Shown piece after piece: positions 28,478 to 40,439 of a DNA stretch of 64,000 bases. The notes under the pieces are model-generated. The model was not told the origin of the DNA. It saw nothing but the letters and a program-made list of their open reading frames with translations, and made no database searches. How positions within the stretch are numbered: the first letter of the stretch is position 1; each line of letters begins with the position of its first letter. A program made the position numbers and the translations under genes. The stretch is from Eledone cirrhosa (Eukaryota), in the NCBI GenBank assembly GCA_964016885.1, contig OZ024743.1:112964001-113028000 (forward strand), read 5' to 3'.

Positions 28478-28611
28478 TATATATGGGGGGGTCTCTGAAG
28501 AGTTTCCATCTACATTTCACTCAAGACATTGATGAGCCTACGTCTACAGTAAATACTCCACTAAGGTTTTACTCGATGAGATTGAACCGATAACCATCTT
28601 ACATACCTGTG

Positions 28612-28661
<50 letters not shown>

Positions 28662-28937
28662 ATAAATTTATGAAAATTAGCCAAGAGGGGACTAGACAAC
28701 GAACGAAAACAAGGCAAAACAAAAAAAAAAAACATTTTATTAAGTGGAACCTTAAAAAAAATATTTTTTTAAATAAAAAATACAAACCAAATATATAGAA
28801 CTCCAGGGCCATCGGCCGTTGAGATGGACTTTGGCAATTTCGGCTTCTACCAACGGTACTGCTGGTCCATCTGAGGTCTGACATAAGCCAACACGCTGTC
28901 CAGTGGAGTAAAAACGAGAGACAAATCATTAATTTAT

Positions 28938-29125
28938 CGGTGGATTGGCAGTATCGGTAGAGGGTCGGACGCCATGCTTTGACGCATAGAGTTACGGCCC
29001 CTGCCATTCTGAGTTCAAATCCCGCCGAGGTTAACTTTGCCTTTCATCCTTACGGGGTCGATAAAATAAAGTACCAGTAATACACTGGGTAATTGCTGGC
29101 CTTGTGCCAAAAGTAGAAACAATTA
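28938..29125 (+). mobile_element. tRNA-derived SINE, full length
   Basis: A and B boxes, body and tail as in 60561-60745. Confidence 0.88.
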
Positions 29126-29149
29126 ATTTATAGCAATTAAGTTATAACA

Positions 29150-31010
29150 TCATCGACACAGACGGATGACTTCACTCGTCTCAGTCGCTGTCAATCACAT
29201 TGGACGCTGAGCTTGGGCCAGTTCAGCACCCTCGAATCCTTTGTCGATACTTGCCGGTGTACTGTGAACCGGTTCCGTTTCCACCAGCATTTTCGTCGCT
29301 CTAAGATCACGTGGGATGAGCTCTCCGCTCTTCGCAACCTTCGGCGTCGCGATGACATTGTCATCAAACCCGCTGACAAAGGTGGCGCTATGGTGGTTTG
29401 GAGCCAGCTTCACAATACCATTTTTTACCGCCCTTTATCCTCCGACCCCACTCCTGGCTACCAACAACTCGTGTCCTCCATCATCCACGAGCTCATCTCC
29501 TCCTCTCCCCTACCTCCCACAGCCACCAACCTTATTGTACGCACCCTCGTACACCCACCATCTACTTCCTCAACAAAATACAACAAACAAAATAATCCCG
29601 GCCGTCCTATCGTTTCTGCGTGCAACTGCTCCACCAAGATCATTTCTGAATATTTAGACACCATCCTCGCCCCATTGGTCGGCAATCTCCCCTCCCACAT
29701 CCACGATACCAATCATGCCCTTAGATTCTTCAATTCCTTCTCCTTCCCTCCTGGTCCCTCTCGCCTTCTTTTTACCTGGACATCACCTCTCTCTATACCA
29801 TCATCCCCCATGATGACGGCCTCCGCGCTCTCCAACATTTTTTAGACTTACGCCCTACCCCTTACCCCAGCACTACTACTCTTCTCCGTCTGGCTGAGCT
29901 TGTTCTCACCCTCAATGGCTTTTCCTTTTTGGGTAAATTTTACCAGCAGGTCTCTGGGGTAGTGATGGGAACCAGAATGGGTCCAAACTATGCTAACTTG
30001 TTTGTTGGCAACGTCGAAGCCCAGATCTTCTCCCAGTACGCTGGACCGACTCCTGAGATATACAGTCGTTATATCGATGACTGTATCGGCGCCACCTCTC
30101 TATCACGAGAACAGCTCGACTGCTTTCTTTCTTTTTCCTATCTTTCGATCCTTCTCTCAATTTCACCGCCTCCGTCTCCGATTCTTCTGTCCCTTTTCTA
30201 GATATCTCTATCTATTAATCACTCTCACCACACCCTCTCTACTTCCATCTACATTAAACCAACAGACTCCCACTCTTACCTCAACTTCACCTCCTCCCAT
30301 CCAACCCACACCTAACACTCCATACCCTTTCCCAATTCCTCCGTCTTCGTCGGCTCTGTAGCCAGGACGACGATTTCGAAGCCCATTCCCTTCACATGGC
30401 TTCCTGCTTCATCCAGCGTGGATATCCCCCACCCTGATCCAAGCTGCTCTCACCCGCGCCCGTGAAACAGACCGTACTACAGCGCTCTCGCCTCACCCCC
30501 GCCTCCCAACACCCGCGTTCCTTTCCCTCTCACCTACCATTCCATCACCCTACCACTCCGGCGACATAGCCTCCGTTCCTTCCGCACCCTCTCTTCTGAT
30601 CCCGTCACTTCTCGCTTTTTCCAAACCCACCCATTACTGCTTTTAAGCGCGCCCGCAACCTCCGCGATCTCTTGGTACGCAGGTCCTTCTCGTCCTCTCC
30701 CACGACTCCCCCGGCTCTCCTCCTTGTTCTCGTCCCCGCTGCAACACTTGTCCCTTCATTTCCACCCTTACCACACTCACAGGCCCTAACCGGTCTTTCC
30801 GTATCCGCCACTCTTTCACCAGCACATCCACCCACGTTGTCTATGCCCCCCCCCCCCCATTGGTGTTCCCTTTGCGTGTCTTTATACATCGTTCAAACTG
30901 GACACCGTATGGCGGACCGTTTTGCTGAGCATTTAAGATAAATACAACTCGATTTGGATACTCCTGTCGCCCGTCATTTCTGTTCTCCTGGTCATTCTTC
31001 CCTACATGTC
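29150..31010 (+). mobile_element. Degenerate Penelope-like element, Neptune-like (RT plus GIY-YIG pseudogene)
   Basis: IVIKPADKGGA; PGRPIVS; GVVMGTRMGPNYANLFVG; RYIDDC; KPTDSHSYL...SSHP; PCSRPRCNTCP linker; LYIVQTGHRMADRFAEHLR; PVARHF. Many frameshifts. Confidence 0.88.
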
Positions 31011-31049
31011 CCTACATAAAGAAATCTATATATAAAGAAAACAATATAT

Positions 31050-31330
31050 AATTTACTTTCTTCCCCCTCTCACAATATATCTACCTTACTGTACCCCCTC
31101 TCTCAATATATGTAACCTATTCCCTTCCCATTCTCTCACTATATGTAACCTATTCTCTTCCCCCTCCCTCACTATATGTATCTTACTCTCTTCCCTTCTC
31201 TCAATATACACAACTTACTCCCTTCCCCCCTCTCTCGATATATTTAACTTACTCTCTCCCTCTTAATGTATCTAACTCTCTACCACTCTCTCAATATACA
31301 TAACTTACACTCTCTCTTTCTCTTTCTCTT
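31050..31330. repeat. Diverged ~30-bp minisatellite (AACTTACTCTCTTCCCCCTCTCTCAATATAT); continues at 32515-32675 beyond the RTE insertion
   Basis: The same unit is seen on both sides of the LINE. Confidence 0.75.
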
Positions 31331-31399
<69 letters not shown>

Positions 31400-31403
<4 letters not shown>

Positions 31404-32514
31404 CCAGAGTCTTGGTATTTCTCCAGCGCAAGGCGCATACAATAGTCCTCTACGATGATAAAAAGGTAGGGAGCCAATGTATCTCCCTGGAGCACTCCAG
31501 CCAGTATCTCAAAGAACTCTGTCATCCAAACAGGTGTAATGACTTGGGCTTTGGTATTGGTGTAGAGCAGTGATATCAGGTCCACTAGCTTCTTGGGGAT
31601 TCCATAAGCCTGTAAGATCTTCATCAGGCAGTGGCGGTCCACAGAATCAAAGGCCTTCCTAAAGTCAATGAAAACCATGACTTTACTGTAACACCGGTTC
31701 AGAGCAGGAGAGTTAACACAAAAAAGATATCGGATGCTGAATTTACCGACGACATAGTTTTGGTGACAAACATAGTGAAGGAGGCAGAGGATTTGATGCA
31801 GGAGGTGGAGACTGTGTCGATGAGTGTGGGGCTGAGAATGAATGAGATTAAGACAAAATATCTGGTAGAGAATATTAAGAAGCCAGAGAAGATTACTAAT
31901 GTAGGCTGGAAGCCGCTAGAATTGGTTGAGGACCTCCTGTATTTGAGAGCAAAGATTGGGAATACGGAAGATGATGTGGTCGAGAGGAAGAGCAAAGCCT
32001 GGGCAGCGTGCCCCAGCTTGAGATCGGTGTGGAAGTCGGACCTTCGTAAAGACCTGAAGATCCGCCTCTTCGTTGTTTTAGTGGAGTCTGTGCTGCTGTA
32101 CGGGTCTGAGACTTGGACACTGACCAAGAAACTCACTCAGATGGTGGGTGGGTTCTACACGAGAATGCTGAGGATGGCTCTGAACATTAATCAGTATACA
32201 CTGAGGATGAAGAACTCAGAGCTGTACGGGAGCCTCCCAAAAGTCAGCTCGAGAGTAGCCCAGAGGAGACTGAGGTTAGCTGGACATGCTCACCGACATC
32301 CAGAGTTGACACTGCACTCAGTGCTCTTGTGGCAGCCCCTGCATGGTCACACTGGAAGAGAAAGACCGAAGTTAACATATGTTGATGCCCTAAGGACAGA
32401 CACTCGTCTGCTGGAGACGCGGGACATGGCAGCGATAATGAGGGACAGAGACCGCTGGAGAGAACTCATCCATGGATCTCGGGAATGTTACCCACCCTAG
32501 ATAGATAGATAGAT
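31400..32514 (+). mobile_element. RTE-clade LINE, 5'-truncated with an inverted 5' segment (31400-31678 on minus)
   Basis: Minus strand: FIDFRKAFDSV...GVLQGDTLAPYLF. Plus strand: FTDDIVL...VESVLLYGSETWTL...RRLRLAGH...RDRWR, then a (TAGA)n tail. Confidence 0.9.
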
Positions 32515-32983
32515 ATAAACTATTCTCTCCCCCTCTCTCAATATACATAACTGACTCTCTTCCCCCTCTCTCAATATAATAACTTACTCTCTTCTCCCTC
32601 TCTCGATACAATAACTTAGTCGCTTCCCCTCTCTCAATATATGTAACTTACTCTCTTCCCCCTCTGTCAATATAGGTTATCTATACATAAAAGAGAGATA
32701 TTTGTTGGTTAGTTGCTTCGCGCATCACACAAAAAGAAAAACTGACAATCGAAAAAATAAATACAGCAATTGAATAAGGGAAGGTTTATTGATACTAATT
32801 TTATAAAATCAAAGAAGAAAAACAACATCCCGAGTATGCTTACTAAGTTGACTGCTATTACTAGCAGGTTGGGATTCGACCATAAGGAATTCTCTCTGCG
32901 CGTTCGTGTTTCGCGGCCAGCGTCTCCAGTTAGAACGCTGGTTGACACACACACATACACACACATTTATGTATATCTATATA

Positions 32984-33545
32984 TCTATATTTTTATATAA
33001 TATAAAAGATTGGAACTCCCATCATCCTTTTGAAAAACTTGAACCAACCACGTCTATGCAATGACACACGCTTAACAGTCAGGTGGAAGAGGAACTATCC
33101 CCTAGTGGTCACTATTCTTGGAGGCAATCATCAAGGAGGAAATGGATTTATTCCCAAGATTCCTCTTATTCCTTTCTCTAACGAGCTGCCATTCAAATTC
33201 TCAAGACTTCAGTTCCCTGTTAGAGCCAGTTTTGCTATAAACATAAATAAAGCTCAGGCTCGGAGTTTCAAAGTTGTATGATTGAATACAAGGAAATCAC
33301 TTTTTACCCAAGGACAGTTATATGTGGAAACACACCTAGAAATCTTCATATAATATGCACGAACAGTAAAACTAAGAATCTGGTGTATCTGGAAGATTTT
33401 TTTTATGTTTTTATTTTATTACACACACACACCACGGCCTCGCATCATACTGTAAACCAGACAACGCATCGAACACGGTCGTTTTTTTTCTACCTGTCTT
33501 TTCATATAATCTGCTTACCCGGGCGAAGCTGAGTATGTCAGCTAG
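32984..33545 (+). mobile_element. Non-autonomous Helitron with a PIF1-helicase C-terminal remnant
   Basis: LKNLNQPRLCNDTRL...FIPKIPLIP...LPFKFSRLQFPVRASFAININKAQ...QGQLYV...TKNLVY. 5' TC, and a 3' CCCGGGCGAAGCTGAG hairpin remnant followed by CTAG|T. Confidence 0.88.
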
Positions 33546-33579
33546 TATATATATATATATATATGTGTATATATATATA

Positions 33580-33765
33580 CTGGGTAGGCCAGAATTCATG
33601 ACTCACTTGATTATTTATAGATCTGCAGATTTCAGTGATGTCAGTTTTTGCTAATAATCTTACACATTAAACACGTTTTTCCAAGCATATTAAGAAATAA
33701 AATAATATATTAAAACAATACAATAACAATAAAATAATCATGTTAACATGAATTCTGGCCTACCC

Positions 33766-33767
<2 letters not shown>
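33580..33767. mobile_element. Tc1/mariner-type MITE
   Basis: TIRs C(T)GGGTAGGCCAGAATTCATG / CATGAATTCTGGCCTACCCTG in a TA context. Confidence 0.8.
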
Positions 33768-33835
<68 letters not shown>

Positions 33836-33841
<6 letters not shown>

Positions 33842-34482
33842 GTGTATTTTGCAATACACTGTATGCTTAATTAAAAGCATTTCGAAGACCTTATGCTATT
33901 GTTTTAGAGTAGTGATAGAGTCACTTACTTTAATTTTCAGCAAACAGGGGGAGATAAAGCTGACAAGGCCTTGTTTCGCATTTATTGATGCTTATCAAAG
34001 CCAACTACTCCTCCTGTTTGCTGAAATCATGGATGTTTGGTTCTTATAGAATTCTAGTAAATAATCAGGAACTGATTATACAGAGCAGTTGCCGGCCAAG
34101 CAGAAATTGAAAATTAGAATTGGTGCTCTGAAATAGCTATATATATATGAATGTATATACAGTGTATTTTGCAATACACTGTATGCTTAATTAAAAGCAT
34201 TTCGAAGACCTTATGCTATTGTTACTAGAATTCTATAAGAACCAAACATCCATGATTTCCAGCAAACAGGAGGAGTAGTTGGCTTTTATAGGCATCAATA
34301 AATGCGAAACAAGGCCTTGTCAGCTTTATCTCCCCCTGTTTGCTGAAAATTAAAGTAAGTGAGTCTATCACTACTCTAACACAATAGCATAAGATCTTCG
34401 AAATGCTTTTAATTAAGCATACAGTGTATTGCAAAATACACTATATATACATTAATATATATATAGCTATTTCAGAGCACCA

Positions 34483-34487
<5 letters not shown>
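33836..34487. mobile_element. 320-bp HHR-containing unit (1.2 tandem copies) followed by an inverted copy, in (TA)n
   Basis: Direct repeat starts at 33841 and 34161; inverted copy at ~34224-34487. HHR at 33958-34002(-): GGCU-UUGAUAA-GCAU-CAAUAA-AUGC-GAA-ACAAGGCCUUGU-C-AGCU. Decayed HHR copy at 34281-34325(+). Confidence 0.75.
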
Positions 34488-34534
<47 letters not shown>

Positions 34535-34535
<1 letters not shown>

Positions 34536-34647
34536 TAGCTGACCCGTCCGGCTGGAGCCCGGCTAGGTATGCCGGCATTTTATCAGGATTCCCCCCTCCA
34601 ATCCCGTGCAAAGATACCGCACGCTCTCTCAATTCAGCGAGGGGGGG

Positions 34648-34689
<42 letters not shown>

Positions 34690-34991
34690 TAACAGATTAA
34701 AGTTTAAGCAAAGAATCGCTGCTTTCCCCCTTAACGTGATCTTCTGAAATTAAAAAAATCAATCTTTGAACGCAGAAGTAAATATTTCGAAAAACGTTGC
34801 AACTGAAGGAAAACAGGAAGACGGTACTTTGGTTCGTAAAGACATTCCCTGGCAAGGAACGGGAAAAGGTGAAGATAATACGTCAGCAATGAGAACTATA
34901 TTTGCTCTAGGGTTCTTATATATTTGATATATATTTATCCTTATGAAGCCCTCTTGGGATTTTAGACTTCACATTTATTATTATTACTAAT

Positions 34992-35028
<37 letters not shown>

Positions 35029-35032
35029 GTAC

Positions 35033-35093
<61 letters not shown>

Positions 35094-35690
35094 GGAAAAA
35101 AATGAAACGAAATTTCATTTCTCACTCTTAGTACGGCTGTTACTTAAATATAAGTATATATACGTACATACATATAGGTATACATACATACAGTAGTATG
35201 TATATATATATACATACATGCACACATATATACATGTACGTACGGATTTACCGAACATTTATTATAATGCTCGGTTTGTTTGTAAACAAACATCCCGAAT
35301 TAAGCCGTACAGTGTTTAGCAACCATCGTTGCCCTTTTGTTCAACACTGATTAACTCACTCGATATGCAAATTAGGCTGCTCAGCCGTTAATATGCATAA
35401 GGAAAGTATATACTTTCAGACGTTCAATCATCTGGCAGGAAGGTATACGGTGCTGACGATAGCTAATAAGCTTGAAACTAGTACATCGTTCCTTTGTCAG
35501 TGTTGAACAAAAGGGCAACGATGGTTGCTAAACACTGTACGGCATAATTCGGGATGTTTGTTTACAAACAAACCGAGCATTATAATAAATGTTCGGTAAA
35601 TCCGTACGTACATGTATATATGTGTGCATGTATGTATATATATACATACTACAGTATGTCTGTATACATATATGTATGAACGTATACATA

Positions 35691-35772
<82 letters not shown>

Positions 35773-36205
35773 TTGAGAGGGCGTGCGGTATCTTTGCACT
35801 GAATTAATTAAAAGTTGGTTAGAAGCGAAGTCAATGTGCAGGCAGCCAGACAGACAGATATTATAAGCGTGTGACGTTATAGCTATGTATATAATGCAGA
35901 CAGCCAGACATGCAGAGACATATTATAAGGGCGCGACGTTATAGCTATGAAGCTATCTAAAAAGACAGACTAAGAAAGAGAGAGGAATGTCATATAACCG
36001 GAAGTGTTGACATTTGAAAATTATTAAAGAAGTGAATATTTAAATAAACGATAAAATATCTTTAATCTTTTAACGAAATTTGAAAGACAAAAATACTCTC
36101 ACTTTCTTACTTGGAAAAAGTTACATCTATGGTGCAAATTTGGTGCTTTTTGGTCCAGCGGTCTGGCGAAAAGTTTGTTACATACATACGACCGTCAGCT
36201 TTATA

Positions 36206-36207
<2 letters not shown>
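34535..36207 (-). mobile_element. Non-autonomous Helitron-like element hosting nested insertions
   Basis: Minus-strand 3' end GCCGGGCTCCAGCCGG...GTCAGCTAG|T at 34535. Typical opposite end AAATTTGG...GGTCCAGCGG...CATACATAC...GCTTTATAGTA at 36136-36208. That the two ends belong to one element is inferred. Confidence 0.6.
35091..35695. mobile_element. Diverged fold-back copy of the 466-bp retrozyme-like unit, with HHR at 35447-35489(+)
   Basis: 35350-35695 follows the array unit in order and 35091-35349 is an inverted copy. HHR reads ACGGUG-CUGACGA-U-AGCU-AAUA-AGCU-U-GAA-ACUAGU-A-CAUCGU. Confidence 0.88.
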
Positions 36208-36271
<64 letters not shown>

Positions 36272-36277
<6 letters not shown>

Positions 36278-36612
36278 GTGAGGTTTTTTTTTACAAAATG
36301 AAAAGTAACCGAGGTGTCCTACACGAGTGAAAGTATAAAGAAAAAGAGATGAAATCGAAAATGCAACTGGAGTCTTATTTTTTTTTTAAATATATATATT
36401 TATTTTCAATATATATTGCTTTTCAAAAGGTGAGTTGAGATGGAGGGTCTGTGGTTTTTCTCACATCTGATGTGAGAAAAACCACAGACCCTCCATCTCA
36501 ACTCACTTTTTGAAAAGCAGAAGAACTGCAAAACCGGTAAAGGAACCAAATAAATATATATATTTTTTTTTTAAATAAGACTCCAGTTGCATTTTCGATT
36601 TCATCTCTTTTT

Positions 36613-36616
<4 letters not shown>
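36272..36616. repeat. Fold-back element in (TA)n with a decayed HHR-like motif (36506-36543); related copy at 58251-58390
   Basis: Inverted arms meet at ~36468. Motif CUUU-UUGAAAA-GCAG-AAGAA-CUGC-(A)AA-ACCGGU-A-AAGG. Confidence 0.65.
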
Positions 36617-36675
<59 letters not shown>

Positions 36676-36876
36676 TTGCGAGTGTGTATCTATATGTGTA
36701 TGTTTGCATGAATGAATCTTTAGATTTAGTAGTATGTACAACCACTGATTCCAGCTATTTGCACTATCTTATATTTTGGTTTCTAGTAATTGGTTGACCC
36801 AATGCTTTGCTTAATTGTTTGTTTTTTTTTATTATTTTATTCTTTCTCTTAGACTCCAGGTATTTTTTGAAAGCTA

Positions 36877-37130
36877 ATATATATTAAAATAACAGATTAA
36901 AGTTTAAGTCAAGAATCGCTGCTTTCACTCTTAAAGGGATCTTCTGAGACTTTTTTTTTTTTTTAGTTCCAGAAAATCCCGTTAAGGGTGAATGCAGCGA
37001 TTCTTTGCTCAAACTTTAATCTGTTATTTTAATAAATATTTGCTCTACGGTTTTTATATTTTTTTATATATATATTATCCTTATGGAACCCTCTTAGGAT
37101 TTTAGTCTTCTCAATTATTATTATTACTAT
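36877..37130. repeat. Fold-back element with a non-canonical HHR-like motif; related pieces at 10498-10548 and 34683-34990
   Basis: Arms 36877-36951 and 36965-37040. By-eye consensus AGUYY-CAGAAGA-U-CCC-GUUAA-GGG-U-GAA-AGCAG-CGAUUCU-UUGCU-Y-AAACU. Confidence 0.6.
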
Positions 37131-37132
37131 AT

Positions 37133-37320
37133 AGGGCGGTTGATTGGCAGTATCGGTAGAGGGTCGGACGCTATGCTTTGACGTATTGAGTTACGGCCCT
37201 TGCCATTCTGAGTTCAAATCCTGCCGAGGTTAACTTTGCCTTTCATCCTTACGGGGTCGATAAAATAAAGTACCAGTAATGCTCTGGGTAATTTCTGGCC
37301 TTGTGCCAAGCGTAGTAATA
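37133..37320 (+). mobile_element. tRNA-derived SINE with TSD
   Basis: Full length, flanked on both sides by ATTATTATTACTATATA. Confidence 0.9.
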
Positions 37321-37336
37321 ATTATTATTACTATAT

Positions 37337-37367
<31 letters not shown>

Positions 37368-37968
37368 TTTATTTATTTATATGTGGCGAAATTGTGGCGC
37401 ACTATCACTTGATGCTTTATATATTTCTATATTTAAATGCGATATTTACTCATCATGATTTGAAATATTTATATCTGCGATTGATATATATATAACTCAA
37501 TTTAAGAAAATTCCGTAAAAGCGGTGAAAAAAATTATTTGTTTAAAATTCTAATTTGTGCAAATATATATTCCTGCTTCCTACTCTTTCTACGCCTCTGT
37601 GTTATTCTTCTTTGTATGTAGGTTGGACTGTTGTCCATTATCTTTCTATTTTTTCTCCTCTAATAAAATACCGCGCACCCTTTCTATTTCTTTTTCTGTT
37701 TTTTTTTTCAGTTGATGTACTTTGGTTTGTAAAATTTTATCAATCTTTTTACCTCTTGGAGTAGTTTGCCAAAGGCACAACTTGTGTCTGCTTTTTTTTT
37801 TTTTCTTTTGTTTCGCCCCAATATGCACTTGAATAAATAGTATTAACCTTGTTGCACAGAAGCTATAGTGATTTCCAGGGGTTGACTACTGAGAAGGGAC
37901 ACACAGTCTTGCCATTGATTTTCCGGGGGGGGGGTCCTGTGCGCCCCATATATCTATATATATATATA

Positions 37969-37999
<31 letters not shown>

Positions 38000-38161
38000 C
38001 GGGGGAAGTGTGGTAAGGAACCAGGTGGACCATAACGTACCAGAGTACTAGATACTATGGGTAGTAGAGTGGGTAATAGGAGTCAGGACACCGACGCCAG
38101 AGGTCTAGAAATAGCAGTCCAAACGGCTTGAGCTCTGCCGTTGGGCTCCTGACTCTTTTCC

Positions 38162-38192
<31 letters not shown>

Positions 38193-38406
38193 AATAATAA
38201 TTATAATATGGACGAGGTGTTAAATGTTCATTACATTTATTGAGGTGTGGCGTGCATTTCGCAATTGATCACCTCAATGTTCGATTTGTATCGATCGGGT
38301 CCGATTCTGGAATCAAAAGCTCACCAGACTTCTGTTATCGTAATGACAGAATGATTCCCTTACAGCTTTAAGAAAAGGAAAAAAAATATATATATATATA
38401 TATATA

Positions 38407-38455
<49 letters not shown>

Positions 38456-38947
38456 GTCTTTCGCAATCGATAGTGTCGCAGGTACCATGCTTTCGGAAAG
38501 AGGTTTAGGTACCCATGCAGTCATGAGCTGAGGCGACACCTACTCGGTTCTCACTCCTTTGATTCAGTGGAACATCCAGGATGTGAGAATTGGAAGCAAG
38601 GGAACTGCACGAGCCCTGTGCTGGTACTGTCTTTTTTATCCCGAAAGAAGGAAAATCAAAGTGGACCTCGGCGAGATTTGAATTCAGAAATCAGGGACCA
38701 GGAACAAATATCCAGCGTTCTAAGCATTCTGCTAAATAAACCGCACATATGTCTGTGTGTCTGTGTGTCTGTGTGTGTGTGTGTGTGTATGTGTATAGGT
38801 ATGTATGTATGTGTGTATGTATGTGTGTATGTGTGTATGTGCATGTATATATATGTATGCGTGTGAATATGTGTATGTATGTATGTATGTACGTATGTAT
38901 GTATATATATATAGATATATATATGTGTGTGTATGTATGTATGTACG

Positions 38948-38979
<32 letters not shown>

Positions 38980-40439
38980 CGCGCGCGTGATACCGGTCTG
39001 GTACTAGAGTCTGTTAAACCATTACACATTGCTTCCTACCTCTATTTCTGCGAGTCTGAGTGTGTGTATGTATGTATATTTCTAGCTCTCTTACGAACCA
39101 TGGCCTTATACTAAAGTTAGAAATCATTATTAAGTTTTCCTCTAGAGAAGAAGGGAAAATTATTTTTCTATTGGTTTGATAGAAGTTACGAAATGAAAAT
39201 CTAACAACAGCAACAACAACAAAAAAACAACAACAAAAAACAAAGAAACCAAAACCCAAACGAAGACAGATAAAAGCGAGCAAAGAAATTGGCAATTGGT
39301 AGTTCTCTAAATAACATTGTGAGTTTGGTTACAAGTTTTATTTGAAAATGTTTTTCTGTTGTTTTTGTTTTTAATATAACTCTATCAATTTTGCCGCATG
39401 GTTGAGTATTGGTTTGTGATGAGACAAATGGTGAAGCGTGGAAAGGATGTTGTAAACCGAGGGGGGAGGGGTAAATTGATAAAGAAAGAATGGGGGAGAG
39501 GAGGAGAGTGTGAAAAAAAAGAAAGGTGATATAAAATGAGGAAGAGAAAGTGGTAGAAAGGGAGAGACACAGAGAACGAAAGGGAGAGAGTGAAAGCAAT
39601 AGAAAGTGACGGAAAAAGAGGGAGGGGTGAATGGGTGAGAGTAATAAAAGGGGTGAGAGGGGTAAAGAAATAAACTGTAAATAGAAAGAATGGCAGGGAG
39701 AAAAGAAACAGTTGAAGGAGGAGGAAGAATGGTTAAGGGGGGGGGGGCAAAGAAATAGAAACATTGGTGAAAAACAAGTATCAAAATGGAGTTTACACCT
39801 GGTATTGTTGTTAATATCATCGCCGTTGTTGTTGGTCTCGTTGTTGTTGCCGTTCTCGTTGTTGTTCTCGTTATGGTTGTAGTTCTCGTTGCTGCTATTC
39901 ATGCTTTTTGTTTTCGTTGCTGTTATTTATTGTTGTTGTCGTTGCTGTTGTACAACAACAATAAAGAGAAATAAAGAACATGTTGTTCTTGTTTGTTGTT
40001 TAGCGCAAATCAGCTCTGATTTGAGCAGCCCAGTGATCAAAGGCGGTCCAGCGTTGACAATCCCGTCATTTTGTTTGTTTGTTTTTCATATCAAGGACTA
40101 CATTGTTCAATATGTCCTTCTTTATTTAAGACAGCAATGGTGCGGCATCTTGTTAAGGATTATTATAGCTATTGCCAATATGATATTCCGCACTTCTAAA
40201 TTTTTACTTCGAGTAAGGTGTTATCCTCCTTGAAATTCAAAGTATCTTCGAATATGTTTATTTCTGTGCCTGAATTTCAACACCATATCTTGTCTTTTGT
40301 TAAGTATCTGAATATGAATGTGGTATTTTTCAGCTAAGCAGAGAACGCATCTTTTTGATACGTTGACATGAAGGGCTACTGTTTCGACAACGGACTAAAA
40401 CATATTGGTATTGTTGATTCCCTTCTCCACCATTGACTT

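Noticed and set aside
32890-32940. HHR-like motif on minus (CUGGAGA...GAAACAC); similar weak cases at ~1615-1660, ~56870-56895 and ~63725-63790
   Set aside because: The core is mutated without compensation and stems I and III cannot be formed convincingly.
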